This document shows, one piece after another, positions 37,101-51,900 of a stretch of DNA of 64,000 nucleotides (its first letter is position 1; each line of letters opens with the position of its first letter). The notes beneath the pieces are model-generated. The model was not told the DNA's origin. It saw only the letters and a program-made list of their open reading frames with translations, and ran no database searches. Origin of the DNA: Balanoglossus misakiensis (taxonomy: Eukaryota > Animalia > Hemichordata); the NCBI GenBank assembly GCA_040954595.2, contig CM082576.2, positions 1,648,760 to 1,712,759 on the forward strand, given 5' to 3'. A program made the translations under genes and the position numbers.

Positions 37101-40100
37101 GTACAGTATAAATGACAACATATGTTTTCTTTCAAACCATGAAAATCAATATGTAATGGTGTTTTTCTTTCATTTATATCACCAAAATCAATATTTCTAT
37201 GGCAACTTCTAGAATTATTATCAAATGGTAAAACAACTGATCAGCCATTTTATACCTTTAGCTTTTTATTATACTCATATATAAATATATTTCTTTTTTA
37301 AAACCAGCTATTTTAATTTATCACTTTGTGAACATGTTTGGAAAATACAAAAAAGATAAATGAATTAAGAACATAAAGAAATAATCTAAGCATATTAAAA
37401 AGCAGTTATATCCTACTTACTCTGATCAATGTCTAAGTTCTTTATTAGCCATTGCACTAGATCTGCACCTGCAATATAAAACCAAAAGAAATGAGATTAC
37501 ACTGTATCTCTAAATGTAATACAATGGCTATACAAGTTAAACTATATTCTTCAATGACAGCACAAGTAAATTATACCACAAGGTTGTGTGTCTAATCAAG
37601 ATATTCAGGAGAAAAAGAACTTTATATGCAATGTGAGTGCAAGAGTGTATCTGAGTTAATCACAGAAATTTCTGATCAACTTTCTTCTCTATTCTTGAAT
37701 AATTCCCTGTAATAATATGAAACATCCCTGAATGTAGCCTTATGAAAATGCAACTTGTTTTTACTTTCCTTCAGTAATAGGTGGTGCCTACTGAGCAACT
37801 ATGCTTGAAGTCATTTATATAGGTCAGAGATGTTATTTATCTAGGTCGGAGACAAGTGGTACAATAGGTTCAAGAAAATGAAATTGAATCATTGCACAAT
37901 AAGGTAAAACATCAGCTTCCTTGGTGATACATCCACCAGGGTCTACTTTTGTTTATGCAAAAGGAATTGCCTGGCATACATCTTGGGGTCATTTAATCAA
38001 GCAAAGCATCATTTCCAAGTGGTGCACATGCATCTCAACAGACACTGAGCTTCTTTTAGAATTCTCTTGAAGTTGAAGTGTGAAGCCCAATCAGATGGGC
38101 GTGGCTTTTTAAGGCCTGAGGTTTATCTTAGTTACTGAAGAATGATTCCATCTCATTTAATGCATTCATGACTTGTTGTGACAGCCTATAGTGCCTTTCG
38201 GATGCGGGCAATATTGAGGAAAACAAAGTTTTCCTTGCCTTGTAATAGTCAAATAATAGAGGACCAATTTGAGTCTAGATCACGCCCGACATGATGTCAT
38301 TTTGAACATTTGAATTCAAATTGAAGCTCGACATACAAAAAGCAATGCAACACAGAAGGCTTGCTGTTAACTTTAAGTTCACAGTATTGTCTGTCCATGT
38401 ATCCAGCATTTTCACTGAAGAGCCATTAATTGTATTTTTCAATAGGTTCTTCAATTCCGATATCTAGTTTCATCAGTAACATCTTCAATGAAGACATTGC
38501 ATTAATGCATATGGCACTCACACAGATATCTACAGAATACGACTACCACCTAATCTCAATGTGAACAGAATTATCTACTATTTAGTAAAACCACTTGGCT
38601 CTCTGACTCTAAGTAGTCCATTGCACTTTAAAGTGGAAAATTCAAAAGTAGAAAATCTCAAAATGTGGGTGGGCTTGAAGCGAATATGTCCATTTGAAGT
38701 TTCTTTATTCTGTTGGTTACAGCTTTATTTGGAAGTGTTTAGCTTTTGTGCAACTTGGGGTAGGCCGCTGCAAAAGACGTCGGGGTCATTCCATTTGGAC
38801 AGTGTGCAAAGGGAGAGGGGGGACGTCCAGTCACTGATGGGTCACAACGTTTCTGAATACACATCAGATGACATCATGCTTTTAGTTCAATTAGAGTAGG
38901 TGTATATCAACCAGATACTAAAAAATGTTTCTCTATAATGTTGATCAACTATACTCTCACAATGCAGTATTAAATCATCTTGATTGTATTCCATCGACAC
39001 AAGGCTTTGAATATGATTGACTTTGGCAGTTATATAGACTGGATAGAAGAAGACAAAATATTGGCTTTTAGGGTTAAAAGTCAATTGTATCTGAAGTTAA
39101 GGTCAATTATTGAAATTCATTATCCTTCACTGTACCTAAGTGGTATGTACATATGGATATGTGATACATATATGTATCAAATGTTTTAACAGTAGAACAG
39201 TCTAAACCAGACGCCATAGGGACTGACAAGATTGTTTGGATTGCAGAGATGCCTAGATTATTGCCAAATATGAATGAGACTGCAAAAGGTGTTTACTATA
39301 GAATACAGGTTTCCACATAAGATGATGTTTGGTTTAGACAAAATTTACCATACAAGCAATATTTCATGTAAAGTCCAACAGAAAGGCAAACTCTCAGCTT
39401 GTCTAATTCCAAGGCCCTTCAGTTTGGCCTAATTTCCTCAGCTACTTACGTGATCAGGTTTGGATGGCTGTGATGAATCAAAGGTCTTAACAGTCAAGAC
39501 TTTGCATAAGCTCACAGACATCAGTATGCTTGTGGGAATTTACAGTGTTCGAAACAGATTTGTAAATGTAATTCAATTAAAGACCTGTTAATGCGGGCTC
39601 CAAATGACCATGGCTGTGTTGGCTGCACAATGAGCCAGGCCCTGAATTGAATTCATATGAGCACAGGAATTATTCAATATTAGCTTGGGGTAAGCAACAA
39701 ACATTTAATAAACAAAGGTAAATTTATTGGTATAATTACTGAATAATGCAACACTATAGTGCTTAAATAATATTTAACCTGCATAATGTATAATGCAGCA
39801 GGAAAATTTCTTCATAGTAAATTATGAGAAGATAGAACCACATGACAAAATTGTGCAGATCAATAAGTAGACCAGACTCAGTAGAGGCAATTGAATATAA
39901 CCTTGATTTGTCCTTTAAATGGTTAAAACACAAATTAGGTTTCAAATCACACTTTGAAGAGAACAGGTTTCATCCAATATGTAAAGGTCAAATTATTTGT
40001 CTGGTCATATGCTTTGTAATCTAAATTCTGAAACAAATAGATTTTGTCTCCGGTATCCAGTGCTAACAAAACCTTTATTATTTATTCCAATTTTTTAATC

Positions 40101-40781
40101 CAAAATTTATTGGTTTGGAGATTGAGAGTACTTTAGGTTTCAGAGCTAGCACCTTTAACAAAATATCCCATGCTTTCATATAATTTTCATTAAGACTTAC
40201 ATGTAAGCTACATGTCCATTACAAATAATATGACAGAACTTCATGACCTCTGTGCACGATCTGTGCCTAACGGAAGTTATTTTCACGAGTGATGCAGTGT
40301 ATCCTGGGGACATACTTTTACAAGCGTAGCGAGTGAAAGTACAGCAGAATACTCCATATCACAAGTGAAAATAACTTCCGTAAAGCACAGAGGTCATGGA
40401 GTTTTGTTATTCTTGCATATGTTTCCTCAGATTTGACGAAAATTATCATAGTTACTTCATAGATTTTAATAATTTCAATTCACATCATATGTAAGTGTTG
40501 ACAAGTCCAACTTCTTCAGTTGCATGAGTAAATGTTGTTGCTTAAAAATTCAGACCCTTATTCACACGTAGCACAGTAAAAAGAAATCAACCTATCACAT
40601 TCAATTTTTCCCCTTGTCATTATGATAAGAAGTTGATCAGATTTTAATATTCAATCAATACAATAATGTATGTGAATCACTCACCTGTGAATACACTTGG
40701 CACCTTTGACATGAAACTTTTAACAGTCCTGACTGGCACACCGTTCTTCTCATCTTGCATACGTTGTACTACTGACTCCAT
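25175..40781 (-). CDS. RGS7: Regulator of G-protein signalling, R7 family (RGS7/RGS6-like; DEP-DHEX-GGL-RGS), probably 5'-partial
   Basis: Minus-strand exons 40781-40685, 37468-37421, 35909-35751, 35250-35186, 34506-34430, 34290-34134, 32644-32555, 32411-32350, 32106-31993, 31300-31169, 30894-30820 and 30646-30445 (1278 nt, in frame), then last exon 27237-27172 or 25219-25175. Peptides [73 protein letters not shown] and [15 protein letters not shown]6 versus RGS7 cannot be separated; this is probably a single invertebrate orthologue. Confidence 0.92.
33601..33774. mobile_element. Decayed palindromic (fold-back/MITE-like) element in an RGS intron
   Basis: Nested inverted repeats 33611-33632 vs 33742-33763 (17/22) and 33659-33677 vs 33692-33710 (15/19). 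All mismatches are transitions. Confidence 0.65.
35071..35110. repeat. (CACAT)n microsatellite
   Basis: About 8 CACAT units with one interruption. Confidence 0.85.
39190..39352. mobile_element. Decayed pogo/Tc1-mariner-like MITE
   Basis: Begins CAGTAGAAC. GTCTAAACCAGACGCC (39200-39215) matches the reverse complement of 39324-39339 at 13/16 positions. Confidence 0.4.
40233..40407. mobile_element. Palindromic fold-back/MITE-like element in an RGS intron
   Basis: Perfect inverted pairs CATGACCTCTGTGC/GCACAGAGGTCATG (14 bp) and ACGGAAGTTATTTTCAC/GTGAAAATAACTTCCGT (17 bp); an 11-bp insertion/partial duplication sits in the left arm. Confidence 0.75.
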
Positions 40782-43700
40782 CTGTGTTAGTACAAAAATA
40801 AACAAGACATTGTCAGAATGGAAATTTTCATAATTCATACTCTTTCTCAAGTTTGTTAATTAATATTATATTCAGACTGGGCTCTCTATGCAAATTAGAT
40901 TTACACATTTGGAACATAAGATTACAATGTATATCCAAAACATATGATTTTCACCATTTCAAAAAAAAAATTCTGAACGATTAAAACACAGAATTTTGTT
41001 TAGATTCCATGACTCATTCTAAATTTAAAGTAGTAATATTTGCAGGTACTCAATATTGGTGTACAAGAAATGATGCTGGCAGTCACTGTTTGCATGATTT
41101 CACAAATAAAACAGTTTGTTCAGAGTACACAGTTCTATATACATGTGCAATTCTAATTGCTATGCCATTCAATGACCTGCACTATCTTTTTGAAGGTCAA
41201 AATGACAATTCATTCCGAATGAAAATGGAATTGTATATCCTTGAGATTAAAGTCCTTTTCAATAGCACACAGAAAATGTTGCAGTTCATTTGAATAGTTA
41301 TATTGTGTTTTAGTTCGTGACCATAGTACACACACAGGCACACACACATATATAGACAATATATTATATATGTTTATGTGCCAAATTATATAATTGTATG
41401 CATATATTAATTTTAAGATAATCAAGCAAATGTTTGAATTTTTGATTTTTGATTTGTGTTGATTTAACTGTCAATATTTTGGTTTCCTTGTAGCATGACG
41501 GTCAAAATCAGATGGTCAAAAATTACATCTACTTGAATAATGCTCTCCATTTACACTTCGAATTGACTGATTATGATAGACATCTGTCAACAGCTGTATA
41601 CCATGCGTCAGAATAGAAGTACCACTGAACATGGTCTTAATGCATGTGTTGCAGATTGGCATTGATTACATACAGCTCACATATCTTTAGTCTTAATACC
41701 AATAAACCTTTTCATTCTTAATTTTGATGATGAATGGCAGTTTACCTTAGCTTTAAACACTTTCACAAAAAGCTAACAATTTCCTGAAACATGTACATGA
41801 CTGTATTCTCTAATGCTTAAAGCTAGGTTATTCTGAGAATCTATATAGGTGCCAGTCTCGCGGAAGGGGGGGGGGGGGGGTGCCAGATAGAATTGAGAAA
41901 TTTTTGAATTCCATTTGATTTCCACAATGAACAGAATATTAGACACATCCCTTCACAAACTGAAGACCTACAAGATTGCCACATCAAGAACACAACTTGT
42001 TTTATGAGAGAATTCAATCCATGAGAGGATACTAGATTTAAATTCCATGATTACTGGTAAAGTCTTCAACATTTTAATTTGTTTCCATCAGAAAAAAGCC
42101 ATTTCAAACTAAAATTAGACTGATCCACCAATGCAAAATCTGATTATCAACACAGATGTCAAAATCTCACATGATAATTTACCAAATTTTGCAACGTATT
42201 GATGACGCATGCATATGTATAACTGTAGACATGTCAAGATGTCATCTGTAAATTTAATAATTGGTACAGTATGCAAGGGAAAGAAGCACATGTAAACTTG
42301 GTTTAATCAGGAAAAGAGTAAGATTCTAGTCACTGTGACTTTTCAATCAGGACCCATAATCTAGCTACTGGTGAGATTATCCTTAATTCATATGAATATG
42401 TCCAAAAATGTTCATCTAAATATCATTCCATCAACTGCGTTAATATATTATTTGGCAAATGTTGGATTTTCATTTCTTACCAAAATAAATCAACCATTCT
42501 ATTATTTGCTGATGCATGAATCTGTGTATGAGAAGCAGTTTCAATTATGGTACGAATAATTTCGGAGATGCATCAGTTAACACCGTTAATACTGTAAAAC
42601 AGAACTTACAAGCAACATTTGTATGTAAACATTAATTTAAAATATGTTAACATACTAGAATATTATTCTGATATTTAGTAAACTCAGCTTGGCAAGCGAT
42701 TTAGCATTTTAAGGATTAAGTCCAAAGAATAGCTGAATAATAGCTACAGAATCACTGCAGATTTTAAAAATAATTAATAAAAGAAAAAGACCTTATAAAA
42801 ATATCATGCATACTAGCTCAGGATGCAAGTCTTAAGAACTGCAAGCAAACAACAATCATATACTTAATGTTAGCATGTGGTAAGCAGATAATATTTTTTT
42901 TCTGTCAATCACATTCAATGGTTTAGATGAAAAGGAGAAAAGCTGAGTGACAACTAAACATGCTGATTTTCATGTAAATGACTTTCCAGTTGAGATGTTT
43001 AGAAGATTCAGCAATCTTTCATTAATTCACACTCTGTGAATTACAAAAACATGTTTTAATACCAACAACCATGACTGAATCCAAACTGGCTCCAATCAGA
43101 TCGCTTGATTTGAATCCTACAGGACTGTCATCACAGTATGGCAGACAAGGTCAAAACATCCATGCTATTCACCTGCTCAATTCATCTGCTTTGAAAGATA
43201 TTTTGACAATCTTTATCATCTAATCAATTTCTAATCTACTGTGAAATACTTTTTTTTTACTGGAATTTATTGTCGCTGAAAACGAATATTTTATTTCTAC
43301 TATTTCTTGTCAACTTTAATATCAGCAAAGAATTGTCACTGGGATTTTATTTTGGCGGAAAAAAATGAGTCCAACTAAATTCCTAGTGAAAATTAAGTAT
43401 TCTATAGTATGCCATTTACATGTAACTGTGTAGTAATGCTACAATATTCAATGATTCAATGATACATAATTATTTTCAGTTTTACATATATCATGAAAAG
43501 GCTGGGAATATTTACATTGTTACACATGTCCTCATTGCGAGCCACTTTTTTCAAGTGTTCACAATAATGAACGATTGGCATTATTTCACAACATTGTTTT
43601 GAAAACAATGAAACAAGATCAAATGTTGCGCAGTTTGCATTAGTTACTCTGTGTGCATGATACAGTCACATATCCATGTGCAATTTATACAACTATGCAA

Positions 43701-46700
43701 TACCGTCTCTCGTATCACTTTACGCAGAAAATCACCCATGCAAATCTGGACTTTTTATGGTGTACATGGCACTGCGCATTCCTTTTCTAATTTACAAGTT
43801 ATTGACCGATAAATGACTCCACATTCCATTTGATTGAGTCCATCCTGTCTTTATAACACACACATCAGCTGTTGCCTCCTTACTAAAGTGTTGCCATGAT
43901 GACACAGATGAACTGCTGAAGGAAGCATTTCTCACCAAATTGATTAATTCCATAAGATGAATTACTAACCCACTATTTCCATTATTTAATACTGATTCCT
44001 TCACCAGTGAAGCAGCTACACATTGTGGGTTTTTTCATTACAAATCAACAATCAATCAATGCAGTCGTGGTCAAATTATGCAGAGGGAAAACAAGGTCAT
44101 GCTGAATAAATTCGACGCTATCTTTCTGTACAACATTTCAAAACACCGCAGAGACTATGAAATCAGAACAACATGTAATGACAACAGCAAAATCATACAA
44201 ATCTGAAGTCTTCCGATGGTTGACTTGTAATCCCAAAGGTCCTCAGTAATTTTTAGAATTATATTATTTTATTTTACAGAGATCACCAGAATGGTTTTCT
44301 ATATTTTTGAAAACCCATCAAAGCATGCTTATACATTTCGAATACCAAAAATAGTACGAGTTTGTATTCTTAAATAAGCTAAAATTTCATCTATGCTTTG
44401 GGATAAGGTCTAAAATCCATGAAATAAACAGATGAAATTTACTCGATCAGAGAGATGAGTTTAATAACTTCTCATATTCAATACAATGTACATCATTTCT
44501 GGTTTGCACACAATTGTCAATGAAAGCAATGAAACATGGGAACAGTGGTAACTCATCCCGACCATCAAAACAGAAAATCTGTAAAATAGACTTAAGACAT
44601 GAACATAAAGCACCCATCAATATACAAATAAAATCTTGGTGCATTCATTTGGTAAATTGGAAGTAGAAGCTTTATTCCTACCAGCTGCACTGATGTGTCA
44701 GCACAACTTTCATAGCATGTGATGACTTCAAAATACATCCCCACCATCACGAATACACATTTGATCTTAGATGGTATTTGTGACAGGGTCACTTTGCACA
44801 ATACACTCTCTTTTACATAACTTTGGAATTATCTGCACATCATGCTATTTTTGCCCACAAAATAACAAAACCCTCTGAAGAAATATAGGCTATTGTATTG
44901 TGACCATGCTAATTTGAAATTATGCAAATTTAAGTTATTGACATGTGCAGCTATATCTTAGCAGGAATATGATACTAGTACCACAAAGGAATCTAAATAT
45001 AAACTTTAGTAACCTGGATAATCTGGATAAAAACTTTTGAAGGAAGTATTTTAATGTAACCAGCAAAAGCAATACAGGCCCAGTATTAAAATGGGCTGGA
45101 GCGTTTTGAAGTTTGACATTTTCCTTTCCTTCTTAATGCCATAGCAGACCATTCTATAGCAACCATTGCATTTACACTGGAGTTGAAGTATTTTATAAGC
45201 AGATTTAAATTGTAACAAGAAGTGCAACATCTGATGCATTTAATCTGCACTTCAGAACCTAAACTATACAGCCATTATGACAAAGTGTATTAATTGACAG
45301 GCTTACTATTTGTCCAATGAACACAAACTCTGGATAAACTAAATGCAGAATACAATTTGATGTCTCACTCTGTCACATAACTGAACAGATGTTTATGGTA
45401 CTTATTAAAGTACTCACATCTTATACATACATATAGTAACAACAACATTCTGTCAAACAAACAACTTTGTTTTGAAATCCATCAATTATTTTTCAGCTAT
45501 TAATAAGCTATACTGGCAGCAGGTCAGATAAATGGGAATAAACAACCTCCACTGATAAAATCTAACAGCCAAATGAATTTCTCAAACATAATTCTCCAAT
45601 CTCTTTGAAATTCCACACATTTATTCTTAATCCCATCATGTCAACCAACATTGGATTTGACCTCACTGAGCAACGTCTTTTGAATACCCACACTATATCT
45701 ACACAAGGATTTTGATGTCAGTACGCCCCACTACTGTTATTCTAAACCGATCAATGAAGTTGAACAATATGCTAAGTTGTACAATAATTCGCCATAGCAA
45801 CAACCACCTACATTAGGCTGATTTGCTTCACTTTTGCATTAAAGTTTTATTGTCATTTCGATATCATGAGAGTTACCCCCTGGACAACATTTACGATTTG
45901 CAAGAGAGATAGAGTTAGTAAACATCTGGTGGGTATATAGTAACTGTTCTGGAACTGTAATTCCTGTCAATTGTGGTTTAGGCCCAGTGTGCACTGATGA
46001 AATCAAACTTATCGTGAGAGACCTTTTAAATATATGAAGTATTCACATTTGTACTAATTTTTAAAACCCCCATTTAAATTCACAAAATATATTCTAGTTT
46101 CCTAGAGTTTGCTATCATTGATGATGTACTCAGAAATATTCATCTATCAGTATTCTAAATATTCTCCATTATCCTTTTTAGGGATGGAAAATGGTGGTCT
46201 GGCTACAAAACACAGCTAGATTAGCTCTTCTGTCAACAAATATTGAGCTTATCTGATTGATTACCTGTCACTGGTTGTGGCTTTTGATATTTTATTCAAA
46301 ATAACCAATTTTTGTTTTGCTATTTGCCGAGGAATGTCCAGTCATCTCTATATTAGTGATGTACACAGATAAAGTATGTCAGTTAGACATTCTGATCACG
46401 ATCATTCAAACATTTATAACTATGAATTACAAAAATCAACAAAGTTATCTCCACTAAATGTCAGTCTTGTTTACAAAGCAAATGTATAGTATGTCAATAA
46501 ATAGTAACCTAACTGTCTAGCCACTTTACAATCTATGTCTCCTCCTAGCTTTTTCATTCAAAGACTGTACGGTATATTGTAAGATTAAGATCATTTTAAG
46601 CAGATAGCAGACCACATCTGCATACCTTCAGACAGACCAACTTTCCACTATGCAGTGTTTAACTACCTACTGTACATTCATCTTGAATATGTAATGAATT

Positions 46701-46737
46701 TCCTGCTGGGGAAATACACAAGTTTGACAGAATGAGT

Positions 46738-46797
46738 GACAGACAGACAGATAGAACTACCAACAGAGAGAGAGAGACAGGCACAGACAGACAGACA
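46738..46797. repeat. Compound (GACA)n/(GA)n microsatellite
   Basis: Directly visible runs of GACA and AG. Confidence 0.7.
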
Positions 46798-48599
46798 ATT
46801 ACAGTTCTGCACGGCAAACCGTGACACAGAACAGTTATTCCATTAAACTGTACATTCTGAATTCAAATCACAGACTGTTACATTTATTTGTCAAAGAGAT
46901 GAATCAATGAAGAAAAAACAGTGAATAGTATGTCTGCTGGCAGAGTGACCCCTATTAACTTGGGATTTCAATACAGAGGGTGCAATCACGTTAAGAAATG
47001 ACCTCATAATGTTTACCTTTTATTCCTAATTCTCTTCTTAGAAGGAAGTTACTTTCAAATACATTCAAAGAAATTCTTCTCCCTTCTGGAGTTTATAGCA
47101 TCAAATCACTACTTTAATACATGCATTTAATTAATTCCACTTTCCACAGTCCAATAATAATTCACAAAATACATTAGAAATCAATTTTGCAAGCACTTCT
47201 TTCACTGTTCTTCGTCAAAGCGTTTGCCTTTCTTTATATTCCCACTGCAATAAACACATCTCTCAGGATATCCACATCACCACTTTAACTCATCAAAGCC
47301 AGCAAATGGTAAATTGAACCTTATGAAATCTTGCATACTGGGTGTTGCAGCTGTCACAAGTAGACAAAACCCAATTTTGCAGAAAGACCTTACATGTTCA
47401 TTTCCTTCATCAACATCTCACATGCAGTACTTTATCATAATCAGTATATAGTATTAAAGGGACAAAGTGTCTCTCGCTGCCCCTTTTTCCATTTAATATT
47501 TGATACAAGACAACGTTTATGTTATTTTACATGTCAACAACAATTACAATTATCACAACAGAATTATTTGAGAGCATTCATGATTGGGCCCTTCTGAAAA
47601 ATATTATTTACACAGTTGAGACAATATTTATCAATAAACGTATAAGAAAATGTTGCAAAAAGACTGTACATGTAATCATTTTATCTGATGTCAGCAGTAT
47701 TAGTAATATTGTCTGATATCCAAAGACTAACAGAAATCTATTTAAAAATCTTCAGAAAAGTATCTAGTTATAGTGCAAAAGCATTGAAAAAAATTCTTCT
47801 AATACAATTCATACTGTTTACATTTTAACTGTCTGTGTCAATCTGTTTCCATGTCACTTGATTTTCCAGGACATGTATGTGTCAGCTGGTGTTCACAGCT
47901 ATTTACATCACCATAATCAATTCTATAACACCTCCTTGGCAACATATGTTGTCTCCTGTCCAAACAGTATTTCTCCTCTCAGAAACCATATCGAGGTTCC
48001 ATTGAAGACTCACCAGCAAACGATTCAAAGGAAGTATGTACCCGTACAAGTAATAGAAAATATAACATTATTTAGATACCAAACATTCAGTCTTAATTTT
48101 TACAGATTAAAACTTTTTTAAATGGAATTTGCGTATTTTATTCAAATGATACTTTGAAATTCAAGATGATAACAGCTTCCAAAATAAGGTTGCATTATAT
48201 TTGCCGTAAAATAAGCAATGTAGGATGTCAGTTGCATAAAAGTCATTGTCAATATGTGGATTAGTAGATAGATTGAGAAACCACAGCGCAATCAGATGAG
48301 GTGTGTCTGCAAAATGGTTCAGAAATGTTTGTACGGTATATAACTGGTACTATATTGGAGTGCATCACAAAGCAACCATTTAATAAATATTTGACATGCA
48401 CATAGTATACTCTACTTCTGCTATGCTAAAACATCAGAGTTACAACACCTGGCAAGAAAATCTCGTGACAGTCATTACTTGGAGAGTCCTGAGGTTCCAA
48501 TGAATCATTTTGAGTAATAGCAGGAACACCTCCGTAATAGCTTTGGACATTGTAACACAATGGCCACCAGGCAGCAAATACTTGATCATATTGAGACAT

Positions 48600-48948
48600 A
48601 AACGATTGGATTGTATCGTGAGACAAACTGACATGCATAATGTATGTCTCGTAGTAGTACTGAGTTTATAGAACTACTGTCTATGGTTTAGCCATGTCTG
48701 GGTAATATTGGCTCAGTAGCGGTACATGAAAAAAGCAACAAAATGGCTGACCAGTTGCCATATTGGATATTAAAATGACTTGAACATGTACCTTAACAGT
48801 ACATTGTCAAAATTGTATCAAATTTGAATGAAATCAGTTCACTGATTATTGGCTAGAGACTGATGGACGCATGTATGTATACACAAATTCACAAATGCAG
48901 TCACATCCATTAGATCCCTGACCGGACTTTGTCCACGGGGACTATAAA
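48600..48948 (+). mobile_element. Decayed non-autonomous Helentron/DINE-1(HINE)-like element
   Basis: Ends in a short low-complexity tract and a hairpin TAGATCCC...GGAC-TTT-GTCC...GGGACTA (48911-48944), then an A/T run. 48605-48650 resembles 50521-50570, so it is a dispersed repeat. The family assignment is inferred from architecture only. Confidence 0.4.
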
Positions 48949-51900
48949 TTAGGATTCATGCGTCACAGAATATGCTATGCTATTTCCACACAGCAGAGCA
49001 AGACCCACAAGTCAAAAGTCAAAGGTTCAAACTAAGAGGTCAAACATCAATGTCAAAACTTCATGTCATGCTCAGCGTCATTGCACACTGATCATGCCAA
49101 ATGTTTATGTTTTTATATCAAGAACATGCATGACTCGTCAGTTACCAGTGCTAAAACAGTCCTCCGATGTTATTTGATATTCATGTAATAAAGATATGCT
49201 TAACTTGTGTTATTTGTAGACATAATTCAATCCAAACTGTTATACAGTTTTTATATAGAAACATAGTCATGTTATCAGCATAGTTTACAGTCTTTGTGCC
49301 AAATGCAACTGAAATTGGTCAAGGCAAGAACATATCTCTGAAAGGGACACATTTTTAACAAAATGGCCTGTGGTTCATTTGCATTGGTCTGAAGTGCAAA
49401 TTTGACATACATGTGATGATGTGAATTAATGTCATGGTAATTGTTTTTGTACCAAGTCAGCTGCAGCCATGTCTGAGTAATGGTTCTTGACCCGAAAAAT
49501 GCATATTAACCAAATGGCCATGCATGCAGCCATGATAGTTTGTATCACAAAACCAGTTGCCATAGAAACAACTGAGAAACAAAGACCCTGAGGTGAATTT
49601 CCTATAATGCCACTTGACAGACATACACAGACAAGCAATCACATTTCACAGAAAAACAGACGTTGAGCCAGGGTGAACATCCAGGACCTTTTGTCATACG
49701 CACAGAAGGGTCAGTACCGGTATATTTAATTTTGGGGGGCAGAATGGAATGAAGGGTCTATTTGAATATGACCTCCAATATATGTCCTATTTGAAACTCA
49801 AAGCCAGCATAATTTCATCAACATTCATTCATTCATACTTAGTTAGGACACTTATTGAAACCGAGTTCTTGCAAAGCCATTGCTTATCCATTCTTCAAAG
49901 GAGCAATCTGTCCAATTATAACATAGATAGGGCATGGATTTAATATTGCTGCAAAATGCAATTAAATATTGGCAATAGTACAATGAGATTATACAGATAT
50001 CCTCCACACATACATTGTTTAATATGTCACAGTCCCATATGTACAATTCTGTGTACCCACTTTCCTTAATGGAATCTTCCACTTTCCAACTCTTCCTCAA
50101 TCTCACCCATGTCACAGCTATTTCCACTCTATCAATCAATCAGGACTGGTCAGATATCCTATACTTTTAGAAAATAAAGCAGATCCTTGTCTAATACAAT
50201 TTCTTGCCCTCTTCTAAATTTTGAAGATGTTATGGGCACTTTAACAACTCAATCTGAATATAATCAGCTGTAGAGATACATGGTAGAAGGGATTTGAACG
50301 TGATAACAGGAGTTGATCAGATGAAGAGCGGTGGCAAAACATGAACAGCACAAGACCCAGAGAGCATAAAAACACCGCCATATCTACCGTATACAGCTGT
50401 ATTACCAAGTGAAATTATAGTTAGTCTCCAGATGGGTTCGTGTGCACACATTTATTGGCAATATCTTGAAAAGTATGCACCCAATTTAAAAGGTGTGTTC
50501 ACTTTATTTAAGACAGCCATATTGGATCATATGGCAACACAAATTGATGTGCATACATAAGTCATGGTACAAAGGTATAGTGTCCCTGTGCTATAGCATG
50601 TCTGAGCAATAGTGCTGGACATGAAAATTTTACAACAAAATGGTGAACTGTTGGGTCATATTGTGATTGGACGCTTCTCAACCAGCTGACAATATCCTGC
50701 TGCACCTGAGGTTGAATAAAGTAGACTGGAGTCAAAGGGTTGGCTCCAGGGAGACTTCGCCATAATGCTAAGGAGGTTGAATTAATCACCGATGGCCAAC
50801 TTTGTTTTGGTGCAATTATTTTTTCCTTTTTTCCAACAAAGGTCAATAATTCCTTCTAATAATTTTAACTAAGCAATTTTTAAATACTGACTCAAATTGA
50901 CGAAATGTTACCATAGTGATTATGAAGAAAAATCATTTTGAAAATCATCAATAACCTGTAAAAATAAACACCATTAAAATGAAATACACTATTCATAGAA
51001 TAAGCTTCTTATGTACTGTATTTCAATTCCTAGAGACGTTCTTTCCGCCATCTATGTGATTAAAAATGGTTTCATAAAATAAACATGAGGAATTTGTTTG
51101 GAAAGCAAGACCTATATGTTCAATTATTCACCACTGTCACAATTCTTAACACATGTCAGGTCAATACATGTAGATGGATTTGATAACCTACATTACACAG
51201 CCACACAATCTGATGTGTTCCAATTGACTGAAACTTGATTCTTTCAGAGAATGTCCAGATTTACACAATACATTGTTCATATGTTGCAATGAGATAGGGC
51301 ATGGAATCATCATTGCCTTCAGAGGAAATTGAAAATAATTAAATTTTCTTTAAAGACAAAAGTCAACTGCTACAATAGTACAATAGAATGTTATAATCAT
51401 CAGCATCTAAATACAAACTTATAGTATTATGAAAAGACACCCCATCAGTCCACAACAGACATGACAAAAAGAAAGGTAAGAGTTGCCAGACACAGTTTGT
51501 GACAACAAGGTCAACAAGCAGTTATGTCGATATAAAGGCTGGAAGCATTAATATCTTCAGTCTGCTTTTTCCATGTTGTTCCATTTCTGTGTAGGTGATT
51601 CTCAATGAAAATGCATTGACTGATTTTCTGCCCCTTTTTTCAACCGTATGTAGATTCCAAATTTGTGTTACATTCTTGAGTTGCTATCATTGGTCAGTTT
51701 TAATCTGACTGGTTGGTATGGCAACAGATAAAGCGAGAGGATGCAAATGAACTGAGGTTACAGATAAACTGCACAGTGTCCTATATCAACTGAGATTTGC
51801 ACAGTACCAAGTAACAGAAAAAACCTCTGATGCAGCTGTGTCCTGCATGAGTTTTCTTCCAACAAAAAAATCAGAATGTTTATTTCTGGTTATAGGATCT

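Noticed and set aside
41866-41880. G15 run (and the C-rich run at about 11657) as functional G-quadruplexes
   Set aside because: Simple homopolymers with no supporting context.
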